Source of the DNA: Naegleria gruberi | Taxonomy: Eukaryota | NCBI GenBank assembly: GCA_000004985.1 | Contig: GG738871.1 | Reading direction: 5' to 3' (one strand) | DNA length: 64,000 nt | In this document: piece by piece, positions 29,869 to 39,546 of the stretch | How positions within the stretch are numbered: the first letter of the stretch is position 1 | Layout: each line of letters opens with the position of its first letter | Made by a program: the position numbers and the translations under genes | The notes under the pieces: model-generated | The model's database searches: none | What the model was told of the DNA's origin: nothing | What the model saw: only the letters and a program-made list of their open reading frames with translations

Positions 29869-31101
29869 ATGAGTAATAATAATAGAACTCAAATTAGTCA
29901 CAATGTTTACCGACCTCAATTATCAACTAGGAATAAGCACAGAGCTTTTCAACATCACACCTTGGACGATGTCGTTTTCAGTACTCAATTTAGAACTCGT
30001 TCAGCATCATTTAATTTTCAACAATCTACTTCTGGCCAAATGACACCCAGAACCTATAGAAAGAAGGTTTTGAAAGAATTGGCTGACTCTGATACACCCT
30101 TTGATCTTTCTGAATGTACATTAAGAGGACATACCAAGAGTATTACATCCCTACACATGATTGGCTCTCGATTTGTCATTTCAGGATCAGCTGACTGCAG
30201 TGTACGTGTCTGGGATTTACAATCAAAGAAGTGTCTTCAAACTCTTTTCGGTCACTCTGGTTGGGTTCGTTCAGTAACCTCCGATTTTGTTGATGTAACA
30301 GAAGGTGAGGAATACGAAAGACTCATTGACGATTTAAAGTTTGTAGTGAGTGGCTCTGGAGATGGTACAATCAGATTGTGGGATGTGAGTAATCCAGACC
30401 TTGAAGAAAAATGTCTGAGAATTCTGAAAGGACATGAAGGAGGTGTCACCTGTGTGAAGAGTGATATCAATGGTGTTATCATCAGTGGTAGTGTTGATAA
30501 GACTGTCAAAGTTTGGGATAAGAATCAGAGTGAATGTGTACAGACTCTAATTGGACATGAAAGATATGTCAAGACACTCCAATTCAAATCTCAATTCCTA
30601 GTGACAGGAGGTGGTGATAAGTGTATGCGTTTGTGGGATTTGCGTTCAGGAAAATGTAATAAGAGAATTAACACTCACGATGCAATTAATGTATTGCAAT
30701 TTACCGATGATAGAATTATTGTTGGTTGCCAGAGTGGACAAATCTTGGACTATGATCTTAAAGCTGGAAAACTTTTGGATTCTCTTGCAAGTCATGGAGG
30801 CCCAATATCTGGATTGAAATTCCTTGGGTCAAGGCTCATATTTTCATCAACTGTACCAATAACTTCAGCATTTAAGAATGGTACAAATGAAACTGCTGCA
30901 TACTCCTCAACAAGAAATTCAACAAGCAAGATGAATGGTAGATCATTCCTCTGCCTTAATCCGATTGAATATAATTTGGAAACAAAGAAAACAACGAGAG
31001 AATTTTTTGGACACATAGGTTCTGTAAATAGTTTAGATTTCAGTTCCACAAAATTGGTGACAGGTTCAACGGACCACACCATTAAATCATGGACACTGTA
31101 A
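29869..31101 (+). CDS. WD40-repeat protein (Cdc4/Fbw7/beta-TrCP-like WD blades). No F-box is recognisable.
   Basis: There are at least 6 blades with the pattern 'GH...V..L.......SGS.D.T...WD' (for example 'LRGHTKSITSLHMIGSRFVISGSADCSVRVWDLQSKKCLQTLFGH'). The track ORF (29794) starts at TTG and overlaps the upstream gene by 31 nt in another frame. The first in-frame ATG is at 29869. Confidence 0.7.
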   Translation: MSNNNRTQISHNVYRPQLSTRNKHRAFQHHTLDDVVFSTQFRTRSASFNFQQSTSGQMTPRTYRKKVLKELADSDTPFDLSECTLRGHTKSITSLHMIGSRFVISGSADCSVRVWDLQSKKCLQTLFGHSGWVRSVTSDFVDVTEGEEYERLIDDLKFVVSGSGDGTIRLWDVSNPDLEEKCLRILKGHEGGVTCVKSDINGVIISGSVDKTVKVWDKNQSECVQTLIGHERYVKTLQFKSQFLVTGGGDKCMRLWDLRSGKCNKRINTHDAINVLQFTDDRIIVGCQSGQILDYDLKAGKLLDSLASHGGPISGLKFLGSRLIFSSTVPITSAFKNGTNETAAYSSTRNSTSKMNGRSFLCLNPIEYNLETKKTTREFFGHIGSVNSLDFSSTKLVTGSTDHTIKSWTL

Positions 31102-31130
31102 AGACAGGGAATTTTAAGTCAAAATAAAAT

Positions 31131-32428
31131 TTAATAGGACACTTGTATTACTAAAATGATTACAAACACAATTGAGTACAAGAGTGATGGATTGTGGTGA
31201 GTGGAGAGTGGACTTGCATTTTCTGTATCATTGTTCTTTCTCAATAATTCCAAATCAGATTCATTGAAAACCTTCAACTTAACAATTTGATCAATCCATC
31301 CTTTGAAATATGGAACTGATGTGTAGACTCCTCTATTTCTAATAGCATTTCTTGAACATGCAAGTCCTTTTAATTAAAATATTAGCATTTTCAATAAAAT
31401 TAAGAGTTGTACATAAATATTAACACCAATTCAATGTAAAAAAACTCACCATAAGAAACTAATCCAGCTATGGAATAACAATAAAATTCTTCAGATTCTT
31501 CACACGAACCCTTATTCTGAAACAAGGCACTTCCAGAGTCACCACTGCAAGCATCAGAGCCATCCTTACCTGCACATATTTGCCCTCGGTTCCTTGATAT
31601 AGAGAGTCCAATATTTCCACAAGCACGCTCATTCAAGAGTGGAAAATTAGCTTCTTTCAGTAAATAGGTCGATTTCTTATCGTTTGGATCACTGCCCCAA
31701 CCAGCAAGTGTTAAATCAGTTCCTTCTTCGGGATTATCATCTGGAATTTCAATGGGTCTTATGCTTGTTGAAAATTCAACAGCATCTTTCAGCTCAATTA
31801 GAGCAATGTCATTCACAACCTCACTCGAATCATACAATGGATGTGGAATGAGCTGATTGACCTTCTTTCTAATACATCCATTTCGTTTCACATTCATTCT
31901 ACTACTACACTTTCTAAGATTTGAATTTCCCAACACAACACTCAAAGTACTCGCATCTAATTTCCCACCATTATCATCAAAGCAACAGTGACTAGCAGTG
32001 ACCAACCATCGATGGTCAATCAATGAAGCACCACACAAATGATAGGAATCTCCTTCAATGGTCACTTGAAGAGAGGCTGCATGTGGAAATTGGTGATCAT
32101 CAGAAACAATTTCACCTCCCATTATTTTAGAATTCCTTAGACGATACAATTTATCAAGTAGTTGACCATATGGATTATTATTGGAAATTGTCAACTTGTC
32201 CACTACATGATTCTTTGTTTTAATGGAAACTTCATTCGTTATTGTTGCTGTTGCTGTTGATTCAATATTGTTGAGGGTTGAAAATGCTTTTGAGTTTGTA
32301 ATGAATATTGGTTCTGGATTGTCGAGTAGAATTTGAAAAGATAATAACGAAACCACCACCAGTAAAAGGAGTGATAGAACAATGCATGATGTAACCAACA
32401 ATGCACAAATCTTGTAATTTTTTGTCAT
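31131..32428 (-). CDS. Type II transmembrane trypsin-like serine protease (S1 family). Two exons (32428..31450 and 31365..31131) with an 84-nt intron. There is an apparent 1-nt frameshift in exon 2.
   Basis: The N-terminus has a TM anchor 'ICALLVTSCIVLSLLLLVVVSLL'. 'IMGGEIV...LTASHC' is followed by 'NDIALIEL' and 'GDSGSAL', giving the H/D/S triad. Exon 1 ends '...GLVSYG' with a GTGAGT donor. Exon 2 starts 'LACSRNAIRNRGVY' but the expected 'T.V..Y..WI' continues in the +1 frame ('SVPYFKGWIDQIV...') from about 31321. Exon 2 length is therefore 235 rather than 236. Confidence 0.7.
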
Positions 32429-32582
32429 GGTTAATTGTTATACTCAAATGATAGTTTCCAAGTCAATTGAGTTTTGTTATCTTTCAGAAAAGGAAACTGT
32501 TAAAATTTGGAAATTGAGTAAAACAGTTTGAGGTCAGCAAGATAATTTACTCAACCTTTATTCAATGTAGAAATTGTACAAT

Positions 32583-33417
32583 TTAAACCTTATTTTCCTC
32601 AACTGATGTTTGTTCCGAAAATTGTGTGTTAATAGTGTCGGCTTTTGGTGGTTCTTCCACTATAGTAACTTCCACAGGTTTAGTAGTATTATCGGATGAT
32701 GTATTAATAACTTGTTGAACTTCTTGTTGTTGTTTGATGGATTGTTCTAATTGTTCCTTCTTCAAATCTTGTTGTTTTTGATAATTAACAAACATGCCTT
32801 CAAACAATTCTCTTGGCTTGTAGAATGCTCCAACAAAGATCTTTGGATAGACAACAGCAGAGACAAAAGCAGCAGCCAAAGCATAATTTCTAATGGCGGC
32901 TTTTGGTTGGAGATTGAATGGAATAGCTAAGAGAGCAAGTCCAGGAATGACAAATTGTGGATTAGAATCCTTCCACTTGAGAGTTGATTCTATTGTTGCT
33001 GTTGTTGTTGTTATTATTATATTAAAATTCAATCAAAATAATTATTCATCATCATATTCATATTATTAATTCCAATATTATTAAAAGCAATCATTTTGAT
33101 CGTAATATTAATCATATCATCATAGCAAATATATCATCGTCATTAAATATATATTTAAATTCATCATCATCATATTGCGCAATAAGAAAAATTCCGGCAC
33201 AACAACAATATTCAAACTTACATTCAGTAGTTTTAACAGTATTATCCTTTGTTTCAGTGACGAATTTAGAAGTGGCATCAATTGTAGAGGTAGTCTTCTT
33301 AACAGTACAATCCTTCAAAACTAACAGGCTGTGGAAGAATCGTCTGACTGGAGCCCATTCTCCTTCCCAGACAACAACACGTTCAATGCGGGTTTCTTGT
33401 TGCTTGTTTTCACTCAT
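32583..33417 (-). CDS. Small membrane protein of unknown family. Two exons (33417..33222 and 32998..32583) with an intron of ~223 nt.
   Basis: Exon 1 reads 'MSENKQQETRIERVVVWEGEWAPVRRFFHS...TTE' followed by GTAAGT. The acceptor is AACAG (or CAATAG 9 nt later, also in frame). Exon 2 reads 'TIESTLKWKDSNPQFVIPGLALLAIPFNLQPKAAIRNYALAAAFVSAVVYPKIFVGAF...' and includes two hydrophobic segments. The phase (1) is consistent. Confidence 0.45.
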
Positions 33418-34237
33418 TTTTATTGTTCTTGTTGATGATATGGAATTATTTTATATCCTTATTTAAACAGGTATGATGCAGGGAAGGAGACGATTTTGAG
33501 AAAGGATGATCAGCATTTTCATCTTGATTGTGTTAGCCTGAAGGTAAATGGTAGCTTAACAGAATGCTACTGCTAACTTGGGTAGTTTGAAAAAAGTTAG
33601 CGCCAATAGTTTTCGTTTTTTAAAAAATTAAAAAACATACAAATATTCAACCCTTCACCTCACTAATTCCGAACTAGCAGTGGATAAAAGAGTGTTAGAA
33701 AATGGGTATGGTTATGAAGGTACAGAGGAAGGGCTGATATTTAAAGGAATATAACTAAAGGAAAAGGAGGATTTTATGAAAAACTTGTTCAAGATAAGAA
33801 AACACTTTATCATTTGAGAAAAAGAACATATTATCTATTATCCTTCATTTACAAATAATTTGACAATGTTCATAACTCTCTGGAGCAATGTTTCTACTGA
33901 CATTGGTTGTATCAAATGAACTTGATTACAGAGCAAATCAACAAAATTGTCGAACAGTTATGGGAAGAAAATTGGTCAGTTCAACCATTGAGTTAGAAGA
34001 TCAATTCCTTGGTAAATTGCAACAACATTGTTATTTTCATAACCATCAACTTCTAAATGTGGAGCTTAGTTGTCAAAACATAGCCCTCACTATGTGTTCT
34101 GACATTCGAACAAAAAACCAGATCACTGAGGATACTAGAGGTTCGTTTCTGTGAACTGGTTTTCAACTCTGAACATCAAAAAGCTTTAAATCTCAACCTG
34201 CCAACCATCAAAATGAACACAATCAAAAAAAAACAAT

Positions 34238-35491
34238 ATGAAAATTAGCCAATTATTGTGCTGTATTGCTCTCGTTCTTGGATACTTATTCATCCAAGTT
34301 CACTCACAAGCAACCTTTGATATCAAGGGTAAGGTCATCCCAACCAACAAGTTCTGTAAGAGAAGGATTGATATCTCCAAAGATGACTCTGCCAAGACTG
34401 TTAAATTCTCAACCACCTCCCTCTGTGCTGCTGATAGAAAGAATGGAACAGCTATTGGAGCTTTCTCTTCAATGGATTATGTTGCTTCCATTGTTCGTTT
34501 CCCAATTATTGGAATGAAAGCCAAGACAACTGTCAAGGTTGTAACACCAATTACAAAGGTTGAACGTGACTTGTCCATTGTTGTTGGATCTGCTTTTGGC
34601 ATTGACAGAATTATTGAATATCAAGAAGTTAATGGTCTTGAAGGTTATCAACCTGGCAATGATACAATTGTTAAACTTTACAATTTACGTGAACAAAATT
34701 GGAAGGTTTTAGATCTCTCCAAGAAGCTTGTTGAAGGAACCAATGATACTTTTATTTATCAAGCTCTTGTTGAAGCTAACGTTACTGGATGTTGTACTGT
34801 TAGAATGAGTGCTGTCATTTCATCTGCACCAATTCAATTCACATCACCAAAGGTTGCTGCTCGTACTGGTGTTACTCAAATCTTGAGTCCATCTTCTTTG
34901 AAGGTTACCTTTGAATTGTTAAATATTCAATATTCTCAATCATCTGGCTCTTATATTGCTTTGGGAACTGTGGTTGCTTTCCGTGGTTCTAGACGTGATA
35001 AGGTTTCAACTGATAATGATGCATTTGCACCATCAAGTGGTAATTCTAGACAATCAACCAATTATGAAAAGCCAGATGATGCTAGTGATGATCAAGCTGT
35101 TACTCAATTTGATAATGATTTGAGTACTCAATTAGATGGTAATCAAGCAAGTCTTCCAAAGCCATTCTTCAGTTTCCAAAAGTTTATTTCCAAGTACTCT
35201 TCTAGCTCTCCAACTGTTGTCACTCGTGGAAAGTTGATTTACACTCCAATGAACACCATTGAAGTATTGAACTCTGATGAACAATTTATTAAGGATTCAA
35301 TTGAAACTTCTGGAACAGTTGTTGCTCGTTTCTGGGTTTCATTGACTGAAAGAGTTGAGAATGCTGTTTGGGATCCTTCCAGTGGCAGTCAAGAAAATGC
35401 TGATTATTTGACCACCAGTGGTGCTAACTCTCAATCTTTGATCAGTTTCTTGGTTGTTTTGCTTTCATTTATTATATGTAACTTGTTGTAA
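34238..35491 (+). CDS. Secreted, probably GPI-anchored, Ser/Thr-rich surface protein.
   Basis: It starts with the signal peptide 'MKISQLLCCIALVLGYLFIQVHSQA' and ends with a hydrophobic tail 'SLISFLVVLLSFIICNLL'. It is 417 aa with multiple N-glycosylation sequons. Confidence 0.55.
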   Translation: MKISQLLCCIALVLGYLFIQVHSQATFDIKGKVIPTNKFCKRRIDISKDDSAKTVKFSTTSLCAADRKNGTAIGAFSSMDYVASIVRFPIIGMKAKTTVKVVTPITKVERDLSIVVGSAFGIDRIIEYQEVNGLEGYQPGNDTIVKLYNLREQNWKVLDLSKKLVEGTNDTFIYQALVEANVTGCCTVRMSAVISSAPIQFTSPKVAARTGVTQILSPSSLKVTFELLNIQYSQSSGSYIALGTVVAFRGSRRDKVSTDNDAFAPSSGNSRQSTNYEKPDDASDDQAVTQFDNDLSTQLDGNQASLPKPFFSFQKFISKYSSSSPTVVTRGKLIYTPMNTIEVLNSDEQFIKDSIETSGTVVARFWVSLTERVENAVWDPSSGSQENADYLTTSGANSQSLISFLVVLLSFIICNLL

Positions 35492-35632
35492 ATTAATAAA
35501 CAATATTGTGTGAGACAAATTAATTAATTGGTTTCTCTTTCAGAATTTCGGATTCACAGTTCTTTCCAACATACAGGGAGGGATTTTTCTTGTTCATTAC
35601 AAATCAAGTCAGATCCAGGAGCAGCCAAAGGT

Positions 35633-38600
35633 TCAGTATTTAATTTCTGAATTCAACAGTAAGTTTGACATACCTGTTCCATCAGTTACAATAGAAACAA
35701 ATCGGCAATCAAGTGGGTTAGTATTAGGAAAGAATAGTTGGATTGGAAGTAAAATAAAAAATGTCATTGCTGATAATTGAACAGCAATGCAGTAATGTTT
35801 TGCATTGCACTGGAGTGTAAAATTGCCTATGCCTATATCTGTTGGATTAGGAGTCCAGGTAATTGCTGTGGAAGTATACTGAGATAGAGCTTGATGAGTT
35901 GCTGTGTCACGATTTAATTGTCTGATATTGTTATTGAAATTGATATTTTGAGGGAAAAGTGAATTGATAGAACCATTCATAGGTGTTATTGGCATTCCTA
36001 TCATTGAATAATTGCTACTTCCAAATTGAAAATTGAACATGACTGTTGTTGGTATAGTTTGTGAGGATGATATTGAGCTGGAAGTGTTTGGTGGATTGGC
36101 GGATTCATTTCCTTTCTTCTTCTTTTGATCATTTTCCCAAACAATAATTAATTCGTGTTCTTTTCGTTTCTTCTCATTCTTCTTTCGTTCTTTTTCTAGT
36201 ATTTCTTGCTCCTTTCTTTGCTTTTTCTGTGCTATTCGTTCCTTTTCTATTCTACTCTTATCGAGCAGTCTAGAAAAAACGAATTGAGGAGTCAAGTTTG
36301 GGTTTAATTGGTAATCGAGTAAAAATTTCTGTAAATCCCGTAAATTTTCTTTGGCATTTTTCATCAATTTCAATTGATATGTCTGTATTTCTTGGGTTGT
36401 AAATTTCTTTTGCATACTTGATTTGTAGGAGGTAGATATTGTTATACAGGAGTCTAAGGTATTACTGAACTTCTTTAGTTTTGATCTAATGTGTGATACT
36501 TGAGTATTACTAAGAGTGAATGAAAATTCAAACTTTTTCTGGTAGAAATTTTTGATGAAAGAGTTAACAGAAGAACACAGATCACAATCACAATCAAACT
36601 CTGAGGGTTGTGAGAAGCAAATTGTTAGCGCTTTTCTATCATTGATGCACTTTTCTAAATACTCTATACTTGTTTTCATTAATCTTACCCAATTTTGTAA
36701 AGCACCATTTGTACAAAGAGACTGAAAATTATTTCTTACAAAGTAAGTGTCCAATATTTTAACAATGGTAAATATAACTTCATCCTTATCCATCATTAAT
36801 TCCCAAACCTCAATTAATTTGCTAATAGATTCATACTCTTTTGTATCAAATAAATTTGAAAAAATTGTTTCATGCTCCTCCTGTGTTTTCAATAATTTGT
36901 TTTCAATAATATATTTCCTAAATCCAGAATAGAAAAGTTGAACATCTTTGTTTTCAACATCTTGCTTATAATTTTCAAAATATGTAGATGGCTTTAAATT
37001 TGAAAACAGTACAGAGGGCTCAAATGTACTGTAACCATAATCTTGAATGAGCTGTAAGGATTTTGGGTAATCATTTTTCAGGTAGATGGGTATGAGACAC
37101 TGTGCAAACTCTCTTGTCAAGAATATATCACAAATAAAGAGACTATAATATGGGTCAGATTTCGTAGCATTCGATTCTATTATCGATCTAAAAGCCGGTA
37201 AAAAGAGTTCTGAATCGAATTATAAAGGGGGAAGATTCAACACAACTTACCCTTATCGAAAGAATATACTACATCTCTCTGCTTTTCACAAAATCTATAA
37301 ATTTTTTCCATGCAATCAAAGGACTGAATTACAGGACTAGCTCTTTCGACAATAATTCTCATATCTTCCAAATTGAAATATTTCTCAAAAATATTTAAAT
37401 AATATGATAAATGATAAGTTTCCTTCTTCTTCAATATATCTACAACAAATGAAGCGTAAATATCTCTGAAAGTAGCAAACCCAAACTTATGCAATAATTT
37501 CTCAAATATTACCGATGAAATATTTTGGAAATTACACTTTTTAAGAAGAAAATCTTCAGCTAGCTCTTTGCTATCCAGCTCTATCAATACATCCAACATC
37601 TTCTCATGTTTTGTTCCTTTTACAGAAGAGTCCCATCCAAAAGAAGAAGTATTGAACCAAAAATCAGTAAACTGCTCATAAAAACTTTTCAAATATTGCT
37701 CACTTCCAATTTTTAGCAGATGTTTGAAATAGTGGAGTGTAAAGAAGAACCCCAAATTAAAGTAAGAGTAATCCTCATCTGGAAGAATAATCAAACACGT
37801 GGTTCTGTACCATTTTGATGATTGAGTTCCATAATTTCCTTCAAGAGAAAAAATTACATATTAAAAAAAATCAAATAAATACCTGTTTGATATTCAACGG
37901 ATTGCAATAGTTTCATATCATTAGCTCTTTCTTTTGGGAAGAATTCATTTAAATCTTGCGTTAGTTCGGCATAAATTGGCTCATTATTATAAAATATCTT
38001 TGAAATTTCAAAAGTAGCACCTTTTTCAAAATCTCCATCACTATATCCATCATTAACTCGTTTCGTGATAAATGCTGGAATAATTAAAATTTTCAAACAT
38101 GTGTCTTTTAAGGCAGAATAGATTTTGTAATCATTTCCTTTCAAATTTTCACACCCAAAAACTAGACTCTCTGATGTATAATCATGTTCCAATAAATAAA
38201 TTATAGATTTGTAGTAGAGATCGCCTTTCAACCATGAAATCAACTGCTGACTCAGCATTTCTAGATCATTTTCAATGTCTACAATGGGTAATGGTTGGTT
38301 GATATCATGGGTCGTGACAATAATATTATAAACTAGACAAGTTCTATATCCACTTGTCAAAGGCATTACTGCATGATCACAATCCGAATAGAATGAAATG
38401 AAATGGGCAGAGGTTGAAGCATCTTCGTCTGAATAATCAATTTCCCTTTCACTCGAATTATGTCTAATTTTAAAAGAACCTCCTTCATAGAGGGATGGTA
38501 AAATAATTGCCAAGGTGCATGTTTGTTGACATTCCTTTTCTTTGTGAAAATCAAAATGACCTCCTTTCTCGTATAATAATAATTTGTGCAATTTACATGG

Positions 38601-39137
38601 ACTTTGAACCACTTTCTTGTGTTTCTCAATTCCCAATCCACTTTTGATTTTTGAATTCAATAATAAATGCAATTCTTTCTGCCAGACTGGATTAGTAATT
38701 CTGAATTGGTGTGGTTCCAATTCGAATGAATTTCTCACTTGATCATGAATTGTTTCCTCACCCTTTCCAAATGGTGATTTCTTCCCAATTCGTATAATTT
38801 CATCAGCCTGTTCTTTGTAAATGATTGGCAATGCAATAGGTTTATATTTCTCTACATTCTCTTCAGTAATTATTAATTCAATTCCAGGCACTTTCATCAC
38901 ATCAGGAAGACGATCATAATAATAATAATTTCCTCCAACTGATGTAATATTTGTAAAGGTATTCTGCAGCCTTCCAAAAAGATCCTCCATATTGAAGGAA
39001 TTATCATGATCGGAATCACTTTCATTTGCTTGATCGGATGAATCTGTGTCATTTACTTCTTCAGTTTTAATTTCATTGGTTGCGTGATGTTCGTTTGTTT
39101 CTGCGTGAGAGGATGCAAGAGTTTCATTTTGCTCCAT
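35633..39137 (-). CDS. Large protein with an N-terminal prolyl-4-hydroxylase-type 2OG-Fe(II) oxygenase domain and a long C-terminal extension. Three exons (39137..37883, 37838..37251, 37176..35633) with introns of 44 and 74 nt.
   Basis: The oxygenase core is 'KLHKLLLYEKGGHFDFHKEKE...TLAIILPSLYEGGSFKIRHN...HFISFYSDCDHAVMPLTSGYRTCLVYNI', with H.D, a distal H and R..(C/S). Exon 1 ends '...VEYQTG' with a GTATTT donor. Exon 2 begins '(G)NYGTQSSKWYRTTCLIILPDEDY...' and ends '...VVYSFDK' with a GTAAGT donor. Exon 3 begins '(E)SNATKSDPYYSLFICDIFLTREFAQCL...'. All phases are 1 and consistent. The track 'M' residues at 39185, 37794 and 37120 are GTG/TTG artefacts. The first ATG is at 39137 ('MEQNETL'). 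Confidence 0.6.
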
Positions 39138-39546
39138 TTTTTGGTGGAAATTTATGCTCTTTCCCGCCAAGATAAACGTTGCCACAGAGAAAGATAAAAA
39201 AATGTGGTGATATTATTTGAATGTTTGATAATGTTTAGATGGAGGTGTTTCTGCTTTTTCTCCATTATAAAATACTAAATATTGAAATATTGTTAATCAA
39301 ATATGATGAAATTAATAGTAACATTTGGAAACTTTGATCATCAGAAAACAAAATGTGATACTAATAGACAACTAGTAGTTGTTGGATAATCAATTTAGAG
39401 ATCTTCATTTCGGATGGAACAATAACCATCATGATGCATATAAAATTATCATCACATAATTAATTCCAAATCAGTACATTTTCATCGAAATGGATAAAAA
39501 CAAACGATTAGAACAAAGCAAACTAAAAAATTGAGTCAAAAGGATC

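Noticed and set aside
39185-39186. Track 'M' starts at 39185, 37794, 37120, 43541, 51146, 57043, 22450 and 5976
   Set aside because: These correspond to GTG/TTG/CTG codons on inspection. The true ATGs or upstream exons were assigned instead.
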